Positions 12,294-25,689 of a stretch of 64,000 bases of DNA are shown piece by piece (the stretch's first letter is position 1; every line of letters begins with the position of its first letter). Source of the DNA: Octopus vulgaris (Eukaryota); NCBI GenBank assembly GCA_951406725.2, contig OX597819.1, positions 1,364,001 to 1,428,000 on the forward strand, written 5' to 3'. The notes under the pieces are model-generated. The model was given only the letters and a program-made list of their open reading frames with translations. It was not told the origin of the DNA and did not search any database. A program made the position numbers and the translations under genes.

Positions 12294-12721
12294 TGGAAAA
12301 TCCTGGAGGGTCTTGTCCCAAACTTTGGCATTCAAAGTTACTCCAACCGCAGAACGGGCGCCGCTGCGTGGTGCCAAGGATTCCAACATCACCATCAAAA
12401 TACAGGTCCAGATACTGCAACAGCTTGGGTTTCAGAGGACCACAGCTCTTTAACATCCTCCCTAAATGCCTGAGAGACTTACATGGTGTGGATGTGGGTT
12501 TCTTTAAAACTAAACTGGATCTCTTCTTGTTGGGAGTCCCAGATGAACCTACCTCACGACAGGAGACGCGGATGCGGGCAGCAGCATCGAACTCCCTTGT
12601 TGATCAAGTGCCACGTATCAGAGGTGGATTCACAAACTAGTGTAGCTCATTCAGCGGTGGTGCCCCAGCATGGCCGCGGCCTTCGGGCTAAAACATTTTT
12701 AAGGATTTAAGGATTTAAGGA
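12290..12721 (+). mobile_element. CR1-group LINE 3' end (ORF2 C-terminus, 3' UTR and tandem tail)
   Basis: [14 protein letters not shown]...SLGFRGPQLFNILPKCLRDL...FFKTKLDLFL..VPDEP...AAASNSL; stop at 12640; tail (TTTAAGGA)n. Confidence 0.85.
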
Positions 12722-14400
12722 TATATATATATATACCTCAGTATAACTATATCTGTCCGTCTATGTATGTATGTATGTATGTATGTATGTATGTATGTAT
12801 GTATCTATCTATCTATCTATCTACCTGTCTGTCTGCCTGTCTGTCTGTCTAAAGCCTTGAATTGTTTTATTGTTCAATTTCCCTATATGTAAGAGCCGGG
12901 TGATACTATATTTTGAGACTTCTGCAATAATAGTTTCTTTTATAAACTATTCAAATAGTATATTTAAATATTATGATAAAATAATTACAATATCAAGTAC
13001 ATTACTATTGTTCAGAAACCAGACTACTTTATTAGTAGGATTACTGGACTATATTAATTATCTTTGTTATCACCATATATGTCTAAAACGTGTTTACTTT
13101 TCTCTTTGTGTCAATTTGATTTAGGTTCCACATCAATGAATCAACGATTGTTAGTTCTGTTATGTTATTCTTTTGACAAACGTTCACCAATCTTTTATCT
13201 TTGGCGAATAATTTAGACGGATTTTCTATTTTAAAAAGTAGGGTTCGCGACATCACCTTACTAGCTGGGAGCTCTTCCATCTTCATATCAGGGAGTTAGA
13301 AACCGTAACATACTCGACTGGGATCCTACCTTACCAGCCACTGATTTGGAAACCGTTGTTCTCTAAGTTATAATTGAGGTTAGTCTTAAGGCTCAGAAAC
13401 AGCTATTCTTGAATAGAAAGTCGCTCAATAATGTATTCAACAGCAAGGACATACTTCAGTCAAGAAATTTGTGTCATAGAACAGTATTTACTTGGTTTAT
13501 CGAAACCAGGTGAAAAGCAATGGGTATAATAGAGAGTGGTACAAACAGATGAATAATAAAACAAATGTCCATGCCACTTACCACTGGCGGAGAAACTGCA
13601 GCTCATTTGCCAGTCGTTCAAATAAATAAATAACTGAGCCATTCTATTTTGTTATTTATTAAAGGGTTCCCATAGTTTTAGAATCCATCAATATTAATGA
13701 AGACAATGTTCTCTCTTATTCAGTGGAGAGTATTCATCGATCTACTACAGCTATGCTTCTACTAGAAATGAAAACATTTGCATAGTTTAATTCTATCTTG
13801 GGAATTATGTTTAAAAACAGTAGTCTTTCGGTATTGATTTGAATGTCAAAGCAGAGACAAATATCTTCATTTCACTCTAAACATTATGACACAGGCTATT
13901 CTTTTTGCGGAGGAAAAGTAATAGCTGTAGAAAACAGGACGGAATGCCTTTAACGGGATATTGATCAATGTCTACTTCGACCTAATAAATCTTTGACAGT
14001 TATACAGAAAGGTACAAGAGGAAGGCCTTAGGCAGTCATAAAATAACATAAAGCGTGTAAGATATTTTAAAGTAGCATGAATTAAGAATACCATAGTTAG
14101 CTAGAGGAATCCTGGTACGATTTTGCAAATAGTGCTTTGAAACAAGTAGCACTTGTTGATTAAATAAAAACAATATATCAAACAAAAATTATATCTAAAC
14201 ATCAAATAAGATTTTTATTTGGATCTCATTGAATATTTCTTAAATGCATGTACAAAGTATCATATCTTTTACGTGATGGTAAATGAGATAGTGTCATGTT
14301 CAATTATCTCTCAAACAAGTTGTATCAGCGAAGTGATATCGAGTCGGCAATTTAAACACAAATACTGTTATTCGGGAGATTTATAAAAGAATGTTAAGAT

Positions 14401-14870
<470 letters not shown>

Positions 14871-14976
14871 ATATGCATTATTATCAATTTCTATAAAAAG
14901 TGAAATGAAATGGTTACAACCAGTGAAGCAGATAAATATAAAAATCAAATAAATAAAATACAAGATTCAATATGCA

Positions 14977-15026
<50 letters not shown>

Positions 15027-15049
15027 CACATACATACACATATATACAC

Positions 15050-15253
15050 AGTCGCCATGATAGATCGTTAGCCACTACACACATTTTTTTCTCTCCTTAT
15101 TTCTCTCATTGTTTTTTCTCTCCTTGTTTTCTGTAGAAGAGCGTAGGCTCGAAACGTAAAAGACTTTTTCTATTCCTGAGCGTTATACTAATACATTTGT
15201 TTGTTTTGTACACTACATGTCTTTGTCTTTTGTTTTTTGTCGTAAACTCTCCC

Positions 15254-15255
<2 letters not shown>
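15050..15255 (+). mobile_element. Penelope-like pLTR-type repeat with a hammerhead-like motif
   Basis: Homologous to 41286-41450 and 38920-38955; contains CTGTAGAAGAGCGTAGGCTCGAAACGTAAAAG. Confidence 0.65.
15127..15162 (+). ncRNA. Minimal hammerhead-like motif with variant core CUGUAGA
   Basis: UUUU-CUGUAGA-A-GAGC(GUAG)GCUC-GAAAC-GUA-AAAG with palindromic stem III ACGU. Confidence 0.5.
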
Positions 15256-15290
<35 letters not shown>

Positions 15291-15326
15291 GTGCGGACAC
15301 ACACAAACATGTATATCTATATATCT

Positions 15327-15830
15327 TTTCTCATTTGTTTCCCTCATTAGACTGCGGCAATGCTGGAGTAGCGTCTTGAAGGAGTTAGTCGAAGAAAACG
15401 ACCCCTGTAAATATTTAATTTTTTTTTAATGCTTAGTACTATTCTATCAATGTATTTTGGCGAATTGCTGAGTTACGGGGACATAAACAAAGCAACAATG
15501 GTTGAGAAGTGGGAAAGGGGCTTTAATAAATATGCACACACGTACACATATACACACACGCGCACGCATGCACACATGCCCACAAATACACACACGCACA
15601 CCTGCACACATACACACACGCGCACACATGCACACATATATACACACACGCACACACGCACATATATAGACACACGCATACACATGCACATACAAAGATC
15701 TCCCCACATATATATATATACGACGGGCTTTATTCAGTTTCTCTCTAACAAACCCACTCTCAAGTCTTTGGTCAGGTTGGGACTGTAGTTGAAGATATTT
15801 GCCCAAAGCACCGCGCAGTGAGACTGGACA
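15327..15830 (-). mobile_element. SINE family A, diverged
   Basis: Reverse-complement matches to head and tail on either side of a (CA)/(TA) microsatellite. Confidence 0.75.
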
Positions 15831-15836
15831 GAAGAC

Positions 15837-15904
<68 letters not shown>

Positions 15905-16342
15905 GAGAGAGAGAGCGCTCATAATATGATAAATTAGGAAACGTTTCTCATGTACCTCTGATTTCGTTGTATGCAACCAGTTAATGGTTGAGTGACATAT
16001 GACGTCATCGAAATTGTGAAGAACAAGACTAAGAGCAAAACGACAAACGAAGACAAATCTGGAGATTGTATATTCTAGCGAGAAAAACCTCATGGGACAG
16101 GGACTGTCTTTTTCAACATGGCATCATTAGCTGCAATTCAACATGGAATCAATCGATTTTTAGATCATTCAGGTCTTCGAAATAAATGCTTTTGTTCCCA
16201 ATTGCTTTGGTGGCCTGGTCAGTTACCGTATTTTATTTTCTGATCATTTTTTTCGCTCGCTGGTTTAGGAAGTTTGTAATCCTGCACAAATGTTTAATTT
16301 GGCTTCAAATATATGTTCTTTATATGACACTTTTTTTGATAC

Positions 16343-16509
16343 AGGGCATAGGCATGTGTGGTACCAAGCTTGTTTACCAACTACGTGGTTTCAGATTCAG
16401 TTCAGCTGCGTGTTACCTTGGACAAGTGGCTTTTATTATAGCCCCGGGCCATGTGAGCGGATGTGGTAGACGGAAACTCAAAGAATCTCGTCATATATAT
16501 ATGTCTATA

Positions 16510-16601
<92 letters not shown>

Positions 16602-16852
16602 CGTGTGTGTGTGTGTATGCGTGTGTGTGCGTGTATGTATGTGTGTGTGAGTTTGTGCTTGTTTGTCTCCCAGCACTTGACAACCATGTTGGTTTGTTTA
16701 CGTCCACATAACTTAGCGGTTTGGCAAAAGTAACCGATAGAATAAGTAAAAGACTTAAAAAAAGTATCGCAGTCGATTTGTTCGGCTAAAACCCATCAAG
16801 GGAGTGTTTCAGCACTGTCGCAATCCAGATAGAGAAACAAAAAGATAAAAGA
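16343..16852 (+). mobile_element. SINE family A, diverged
   Basis: Colinear similarity with 4967-5397. Confidence 0.82.
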
Positions 16853-16915
16853 TTCATAACAAGCTCAACGAATTGTAAATATTATAGACTTGGAATTGAT
16901 ATTATGCTCCCATTT

Positions 16916-17131
16916 AAGGCGGCGAGATGGCAGAATTGTTAGCCCGCCGGGCAAAATCGTTAGCGGTACTTCGTATGTCTTTATGTTCTATGTTCAAAAG
17001 CTGACGAGGTCGACTTTGCCTTTCATCATTTCGGGATCGATAAAATAAGTACCAGTTGAGCACTCAGCTCAATGTAATTGACTTATCCCTTCCCACCAAA
17101 TCGCTTGCCTTTTGCCAAAATTTGAAACCAT
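16916..17131 (+). mobile_element. SINE family B, monomer
   Basis: Head AAGGCGGCGAGATGGCAGAA; core GCCTTTCATCATTTCGGGATCGATAAAATAAGTACC (Deu/Nin-like). Confidence 0.87.
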
Positions 17132-19083
17132 TATTATACCCATGTATATCCTTATTGATTTGTAATAGTTAATTATAAGTTAGGCCATTTGATTCTAAAC
17201 TATTTTACCTTTAAATCATAGAAGTTTATTGCAGATATAGTTTGTACAATTTGTGTTGTTATCTGAGCAGATTAGGTTCAGCGTTGGACAATACTATTTG
17301 CATTATCTAATTTCATCTCTATACGCTCTGAATTCCACTTCAACCGAGTTCCATCCTTCTTTGGTCCTTGGTATGTTAGATTGAATTTACACGGATTAAA
17401 GCATTTGACTGCATTGTATTAAAGGATGAAGTGGCTTTTATAAGTAGCATACTTGGGAGGAGTATGCTTAAATATTACAATATTGTTGTAAAAGAAAAGG
17501 AAAATCCCACTTACCGATTAAATGAGCTACTCTGATGAACAGCTTATACTCAAATTATTGCAAGTTTTATGAAATCCGAGCATAGAATCATGGAGTACAT
17601 ACCAAACGTTTAGTAATCAGTTGATGTTAAAATACATTTAAGCTCTTTAATCTGCCTACAAAATAGAAATAAATCAACCCTTAGAAATCGCAATTGAAGA
17701 ACGAACAGAATTGAAGTATTCCAGACATATTTCCAACTTCAAATCACTCTGAGATTTTAGTTTAGGAGTAGTTGATAAATGAGTAACACTAAAATAATTG
17801 AATTGAATCATTCGACTTTGCCTCTATTCTTTTACGCAATGAACTTTTTGCCTTAGTAAGAAATCAATATTGAAACTCCACATGAGTGAGCATTTTGAAT
17901 TTCTTTGTAGGGGAAAGAGGAGGATGAAGAAAAGAAGAAGCTAAATCTAATTGTTGTATGAGGAATTAAATTGCATGCAAAATTATCTCTATCAGTGATT
18001 AAAATTACCATTGCAGTTGTTATATTTAGCCGCAAACTCCCCAGAATCTTTAATAGTAATGTTAGGACTACCATTACTAACAGTGTATTAAAATCATCAT
18101 ATGGAAGTAAGAATTTAAAGGATAAAAATCAATATCGTTTATAGAAATGAGTGAAAGTTACGCAATAGTTCATGATTGGAAGCACTTAATTTTTTTAAAA
18201 GTGGAGTTCTGATTACCTTCATGAAACACTTGGAACATTCTCTAACGCTTAACTATTTGTTACAAAACATTTCTATTGTATTATTGTAGTAATATTTTTC
18301 TACAGTAAGGAGCAGATGAAAATGAAACGTATTTTAATTCGTTTAGGTAAAACAATTTAAAAATTGCAGATTCGTATTTCCCCATCTGATTGAAATAAGC
18401 TCTACGTTCTATGTATTGTATATGAGAAGTTGCTGACAAAACGTTTGATCAAGAGGTTCGGAACAGATTTCATGTTAAAAACAAAATATCAATGGCAATA
18501 CTTGTGAAGCTAAATCTTTCAATCCTGCCTTGTACCATATAACTGTCTAATTTTCGTGATAAACTGTTACCAGATGTTGGCATATTTCTCTACAGTGAGA
18601 AAACAAATCTCCGAAATTGTGCTATTTATCCCAAATCAACATTGAAAAGAAATGTTAAAGATGAGGTGTCTAAAACTATATTATAACCCGGTGTTTTGTT
18701 GTTTGATTTCAGAGATGTCCGACTGCTAAGTTTAATCGTGACCAATTTATGCTTTGAAATTGATATTCCGTTAGCAAATTTATTACTCACTTTCATAAAC
18801 TGTTCAGCAAAGACACTGATGTATTTTAAGAATTATCTTTTTATAAAAGCTCAATAAATAGCTTTAAATCTTGAATTCATTATTAATAGAAAACTTCGTA
18901 TGAAATTTAAATAGATAAGACGGTTGTATTTCAAGTAAAAGCGAATTCATTCCGAATAATTTCATCTCGCTCTGTTTCCGTCTGTTTGACAAGCGGACAT
19001 TTAAGACAACCTTTTCTCTCTTTATGAATACAATGTTACAGATGAAAACTTTTATTTTATACATATTACGTACATACATATTT

Positions 19084-19137
<54 letters not shown>

Positions 19138-19614
19138 CACACACAGAGTTACATAACAGCAACTACAATAGTGACATCAATCGCTAGAACAACAACAACA
19201 ACACCAGAGACAAACACTTCAGCCCAGTAGAACAGCCCAACCATCTTCACCGAAAACAAGGGCACCGAAAAAGCGGCCTTCCTTGCAGGATGAGTCCAGG
19301 TCATGAATATTTTGTACTATCATTCTAAATGCATGAAATTTTGATTGAAGAAAGAAAAATGAAGTCAGCCATCTTGTCTTGGTTTCCGAAGAAGGTCGGA
19401 CAATCCGGTCTTCTTGCTAATTGAGGTAGAAGTTCACGAAAGACCATTCTCAACTACTTTTAAGCGAAATATTTTCATTCGTATAGGATTTATGTCGAAA
19501 CGATATTTATTTATTTTTTTTAGTATGATCCCAAGTCTATGTGTATATAAAAAAAATCGACCTGACGATGCTTTTGGATAAGAGTTCGTCAAAACCTTTT
19601 TCCTTTGGAAGGCT

Positions 19615-19822
19615 GTGAGATAACAGAATCGTTAGTACGTCGGTCAAAATACTTCCTGGTGTTTCTTCCGGTCCTTTACATTCCGAGTTCAAATTCCATC
19701 GAAGTCTACTTTACCCTTCTATCCTTTCGGGGTCGATAAAATTAGTACCACTTGAACACTGGGGACTGTGTAAGCTTATTACTCCTGAAATTTCTGGCTT
19801 TGTGGCAAAATTAGAAAGAATT
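19615..19822 (+). mobile_element. SINE family B monomer, diverged
   Basis: GAGTTCAAATTCC and CCTTTCGGGGTCGATAAA core. Confidence 0.8.
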
Positions 19823-20439
19823 ATTTCTCTTTTATTAAATAACTATTACTCTTTCCAGCAACCGTGAAGTTGATGAGGGTTGGGTTTGTGTACTTGGATG
19901 GGGGTCTGTTCTTGTATTCCTTTTTGTTTCAGTTTTTTTGGTGCTAATAGCGATGTATTTGAAATTTTTACTTATGTCTGTAATTTTTACTTATGTATTT
20001 GTAAATGTTGCTTTTGGTGGGCTGTACTAGTATACACATTCTATGATCTTATGATCTAACCCTAACCCTAACCCTCTTCAGGAAGCCCCACTACCAGTTG
20101 TTCCTGTCAACTGTCACCAAGATAATTAATTATTTCCGTCTCTGTATTCTTTACGCGCCAGTAAAGGCGTGTTTTAATAACCGACTCCCTGTTATCTAAG
20201 TCGACTGTGCAGACCACAATTTTGTAATCATCTTAGCTGATGAGTTTGAACTATGGGCTTCTTATCTGCAATCCAAACAAGAAATCTATGTAGATACGAT
20301 CTCGATGATCCACTGTAATTGTTCCAGGACCATACTGGCTCATCCAGAAGCCCAGTCGTTACGTCAAACAGATGGAAATATCAGAGCGTGAGTGTGTTTG
20401 TGCGTGCGCATGTCTGCATTTATATTTACTGCACTTAAG

Positions 20440-20616
20440 AACCTGTACAGCTTGTTTTTCTCTTGTACCTTAGAGCTAGACAAATAAGGCTGGATAAAAT
20501 AAGTACCAGACGTAAAAATAAGTACTAGAGTCAATAAAATGAACTAAACCTTTCATAGTGGAATCCAGAATCACTGCTGTTCAATGACTGAAATCTGTAA
20601 AAGGGTAAAAAGATAA
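20440..20616 (+). mobile_element. SINE family A 3' half, diverged
   Basis: GATAAAATAAGTACCAG...TCAATGACTGAAA..GTAAAAG tail. Confidence 0.6.
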
Positions 20617-20814
20617 AGGAATATGTAAATATGTACATATGGAAGATAAGAAAGTAATGCATATTATCTGAAAATATACATAAAAACTGCTAACCTATAT
20701 AGATTTTAGACATTTTCTTTCAAACAGATTTCTCAAGAGTTGTTTGTATCAGCAGTAAGCAAGCATTCAGTTATAGGCCTATATAATTATTGTGATATAA
20801 AAAGAGATATCATT

Positions 20815-21058
20815 CATAAGTGATAAGTGTGTTTATGAGCGAAACACCTAAGCTGCTCCACGCGGCTCCGGCAGAAGGTAATGGCGAACTTCTGCTGACT
20901 CTTTCGCCACAACTTTCTCTCACTCTTTCCTCCTGCATCTTGCAGTTCACCTGCGACGGACCGGCGTCCCGTCCAGGTGAGGAACCTATACGCCAAGAAA
21001 CCGGGAAACCGGCCCTTATGAGCCAGGCATGGCTTGAGAAGGAACAAACAAAAAACAG
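20815..21058 (+). mobile_element. SINE family D, 5'-truncated, with a V-domain-like 3' half
   Basis: 5' part resembles SINE C (GAAACACCTAA..CTC.ACG...CCGGCAG; TTTCTCTCACTCTTT), followed by CCTGCGACGGACCGGCGTCCCGTCCAGG and an (ACAA)n tail. Confidence 0.6.
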
Positions 21059-21374
21059 AAGGATAAGTGTTTTGGAGCAAGGTTTCACTCGAATGAAGGA
21101 AGAACTGATAATTTACTTTTGGCGAACATTTTGAAATAGAAGAAACCCACCTGTTCCGATTGTCAATTGCAACTATTTTCCGTCTTTGTCGTTGTTAAGA
21201 ACTTGAAAGACTTAAGCTCTACGAGTCCCCTACCTCTTCATAAGTACCCAAGTAAGAAATTTATTTCCATTGAAGATTTGTGCATTGTCATTATTTAGAG
21301 CATGAAGAAATGACACTTGAGGTTATGAGAAAAAATGTTACTCTACCGGTTATTGAATCATTTTGAACAAAATA

Positions 21375-21915
21375 CGAGGAATGTTCCGATAGTAATGCAA
21401 AAGTGGACACACCTTATTAACTAAAATACGTCCTTCAAATTGTACGTACTGGTAGAGTAACTCTCTCTCTCTTTGCAAAGGTATTCCCCAACATACTTTC
21501 CATCATAAGCGAACTCTTATGAATAGCTATTGAACTCTTGAATAGCCTTTGAAAAAATTCAAATGCGCATTGTTTTAGCCAGGTTTTCACAGTTACTTTT
21601 ACTTCGTATGAGTCAACACATTTTTGACTTCGAGAATTTTCATTGGATCGAACAGATAGAAATCGGAGTGCGTCAGAACTGAGTTGTAGGATGGAAGGAG
21701 CACTGACCAGCCCAATTTACCTATTGCCTGATTTGTTACCAAATTGTGGGTGGTCATGCATTATCAAAGTGCATTTGAGTCGTTTTCAGGTTCTTGTTTG
21801 GTTTCTTCCTTCTAATGGCTTAAAGCATTTTTAATGTCCCAATTTTGAATGAACCCCTTGTTGTCCAATGCCCAGCCACGTTCCAGAAAATCAAGAAGAA
21901 TGAAGAACGAAGCCC
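21375..21915 (-). mobile_element. Highly decayed mariner 3' fragment
   Basis: TA-CGAGG TIR-like start; minus-strand PSYNSVLTHSD at ~21662-21698 resembles the PYSPDLAPSD motif. Confidence 0.45.
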
Positions 21916-21921
21916 TTGTTA

Positions 21922-22105
21922 CAAGGTCTGATCAATAAGTATCCGGACTGTTGTTACAGTAACAAAGTTAAAACACGCAGAGTAAAGCCGCTTGGCAAAG
22001 ATTGGCATGCGCACTAAGTTTTAACGTTCTTGCTAACTTCTGCTGTTTATAGCAGTGCTTAGAAGGAAGGTGTGTAGCGTGTGATTGTCGCATTGACTAC
22101 GACAA
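21922..22105 (+). mobile_element. Mariner-type 5' terminal fragment
   Basis: TA followed by the TIR-like CAAGGTCTGATCAATAAGTATCCGGACT. Confidence 0.55.
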
Positions 22106-22178
22106 AGTTGTCATGACTGTGCTGATCGCTGGTTCTTGAACTTAAGAGGTACACTTAAGAAGTATTACTTAAGAGGTA

Positions 22179-23734
22179 CACTACTATCCAAAGGTTTAAG
22201 ATCACCTATACTTATTTCGAAAAAAAAAAAAATACATACAAAATGGAAATAACGGAGAGAATCTGGTGAAATATTGTATTAATGAATAATTACATTCATT
22301 GGATGACATAATTAACTCGGCAACTAAACAAAACTGAAAACTCAGAGAAAATCTCTAAACCTTAGACGCATTGAAATATCCGCCCTTCGCCTTGATCACT
22401 GCGGAGCATACTCTGGGCATTCTTTCGACCAATGAAAGAATTCGCTGGTAATATTTTGCCATTCCTCTTGTAAAAATGTCCAGAGGATTTCTGCACTGCT
22501 TGGCTGTCGCTTTTTGACTCAGCGATCCAAATCACACAACACTATTTCGATGGGATTGCCATCGGGGGATTGGGCTGGCCATTCCATTACAGTCAACTTT
22601 TTTTCATCCATTTTCTTCTGTAAATCGTTTTTGCATAGCTTAGAAGTATGTTTAGGATCGTTATCTTGCATCAGCACGGAGTTATCACCGATCAGCCTCG
22701 TCCCGGAGGGTATGGCATGACACTGGAGGATAGAGTGATACCCCTTTTGGTTCAATATTCCTGTTACCCGCTGAATATCTCCAACAATAATGCCTGCAAA
22801 ACACCCCCCGATCATTACACTTCCCCCACCATACTTTACATGTGGAACAATACTTTCAAGAGTCATCCGTTCAAAAATTCTTCGATTTCAAACTTTGATT
22901 CATCAGTCCAGAGGATTCGTTTCCATTGATCAACGGTCCAGGTTTGGTGTTTTCTGGCCCATATGAGTCACGTTTATTCACAGATCGAAGCAGTGGTTTT
23001 CGGGAAGTGCAATGGCCATTTAGACCGGCAGCAATGAGTCTTCTCCTCACGGTTGCAGGGGATACGTTAGCTTCGCCGGCTTCACCTACTTGTGTAGCGG
23101 TTTCATTTGTTGTCAAGTGCCTGTTTCGAAGATTGGTGACTCTGATGAACTTAAGATGTGACTTTTGGGCGACTTGACCAAGCTATGTCGTTATGTTGTC
23201 CTCTTACAATGGCGGAGCGGACGGTAGTGTGGGAAACTTTAACTTTTTTGGCTATATCTCGAAAACTATGACCTTCACTACGTAATGTGAAAATGCATTG
23301 TCTCTTTTCAGGTGATAAATTATTGATTTTGTCCATATTTAGGTTAATTTTCAGGAATTTCACTAATTTTACTTATTTTTAATAATCGAGCCGAAAAGAA
23401 ACAATAACACACTTAACGCAGTCCTTAACTGATGTTATCTCAACAAACAGCGCATAAGGAGTGTAAATAATCAAAATGTATCGCAATGTTGCCAAAAAGT
23501 GGGCGCTAAAATGATTTTGATAACATTCTCAAATAGGCTTGCCGTCAAGAAATATGATTAGTTGCATATAAAATAAGTATAAATTGTGTTATATATCGAA
23601 TAAACCCCAAACTTTATGTAGTATGTTATTCCATATTTTTATACCAAAAAAGTATCTAAGTTGATGACTTTGAACTAAAATTTCCACTTTGAAACAAACT
23701 TTTGTAGGTGATCTTAAGCTTTTGGATATTAGTG
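22179..23734 (-). mobile_element. Tc1-family (DD34E) DNA transposon, full length but frameshifted
   Basis: TIRs CACTACTATCCAAAGGTTTAAGATCACC / GGTGATCTTAAGCTTTTGGATATTAGTG flanked by TA; HTH (SFRDIAKKVKVSHTTV), TVRRRL..AGL, VKYGGGSVMI, QDNDPKH, WPAQSPDGNPIE. Confidence 0.95.
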
Positions 23735-25689
23735 TAACACTGAGCCTTCTTTTCAGATCACAGAGATACAGCCATATTTCATGCCTGTCAGCAGATAAAA
23801 AAAAAAGACGAAAAAACGTGTCTTCATTGGCTACCAGATCAGAGCATACTTCACCTTTCTCACCTGCAAATCGGGTGTCAGATGTTAATGTATCTATTTT
23901 GTACACTTTCCGATTCCCAAAGTCTTCCACCATCTTTTATGCTTTGTGATCAAAGTCCAGTTGTGCAGGAAAGTCACAAATTGCAACTCATCTGTCTGCA
24001 CGAATCATTTCAGCCACTCCATTCACTGGTGACCTGCATCAGTGATCGTAGTTGATGCTCTCCCACTGCGTGGTTTGACTTCAATGTTGGCTTACACTTC
24101 TTTAAATTCTCTTGTCTATCTTTGCACATTGCTCTTGTCAATGCTGTTACCTCCGAAAATAGCCTCCTGTGAATGTTAGACGGCCTACACCCTTCCTTGC
24201 CAAGAACTCTATTTTTTGATGTGATTAACTTATCAAGAGTAGTGTAAAATGTGGGGAGAGGTAGCTCAATTTTATAGTCGATAAAGAAATAGAAAGTGAA
24301 AAACGATTTCACATAAACGTGACGAAAAATAGAATTAATAATTATTCATGTAAAGGAATCACTGATTTAAAATATTTCCATACCTATATACACATGGAAT
24401 ACATACACAGCGATAAACGATGGAAAGCGAAATGCACATCCACTACATAAATGCAAGTTTATCCACACACACACACACACACATGCACACACACACAATA
24501 CGCACACACACACAATCACGCACACACACACAATCACACACACACGCATGCACTCACTTACACACATATGATCAAAAAGAAAATGTCAGAAATTCTTTTT
24601 TATGTTTAATTAGAGAAAGAGCGTCACTTCTAATAGTATCTGTATTCCCTAATTGGGTAGTAGGATCGGTACAACTGATGTTCCGTTTGAGCATTTATAG
24701 GTTGATTGTAGGAAAAATGTGGTTGGGTAAAAATGCCAGCGTTCGTTAATCATTTGAAAAGTGCGACCCAGAGAGATCGCAGGAGGAGTGACGGGTGGGA
24801 CAGGAGAAAAAGGGAAGCCGTGCTTATGAGAGCCAATTGTAACTGTTGGAGAGTTAATATTTGCCAGTCAGCCTAATAATATTTTTTTGGACATAGTCTA
24901 CGGTGTTCGTATATGTAAGAGGCAATCACTTAATCTGTTTATTTTTTAAAATTGATATTGCAGTTAGGTTTGCAACAACCCAACCGTTGACTCATAATAT
25001 TTCTGAAATTGAAAGAATGAAGTATTTGTTTCTCGATGTATATAAAAAAAATATACTAAGAGATTTTGTTAGTGAAGTTGTTTTATTTTTGTTTTACTGC
25101 CAAAAGATGCGCGCACAGACACACACAAACACATATGCACACACATATACATATACAAGCATACATACGTGGCACTGTCAACATCATACGTGCAAGCGTT
25201 GAGGACCATTACTTTTTGAATGTTTACTTCAACAATTATGTCTATTCATCCAGCCTAAAACAGTAACTGGTTTATTTCTCTTATTATAAATAAGAGAAAC
25301 ACCCTTTACTTACCAGCATAATGTTATTCTGACCGGATTAAAAAAAAACAAATCGGGTGTCAGGTGTTGATGTTCTGCTCGCGGTGTTCTGCTCGCACGA
25401 TCATGGTTGAAACTAATAAAAACACCACCAATGTAAGCTATTTCAGAAAAAGTCCGTGATGCCCATTCTATTAGCTATGGTTAAAGATATACTGGGACGA
25501 AACTCACCACATTTTAAACACCTTTAAGCGAAATAGCTTTGGCAACAAACATTTAAAAACCAAACCCCCCAAAAAGACTTGCTTTCGTGATGCTAACTGA
25601 TCTTCTTAAAATAAGGGAAACTGGCCAAATTTTGCCATTAGAGAGACTGTAAATAAACCGCTGCTGCCGTCACCGGATTCTCGTGTATC

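Noticed and set aside
12008-12640. 210-aa ORF as a gene
   Set aside because: Chance in-frame chimera of a Tigger fragment, (TA)n and a LINE 3' end.
19561-19592. CTGACGA...TCGTCA hairpin
   Set aside because: No GAAA box or stems I/III; a simple short inverted repeat.
20056-20075. (CCCTAA)3 telomere-like repeat
   Set aside because: Only about 3 units and interstitial; too short to imply a telomere or fusion site.
24010-24312. hAT dimerisation-like peptide (GEHQLRSLMQV)
   Set aside because: Similarity too weak, and no TIRs or 8-bp target duplication found.
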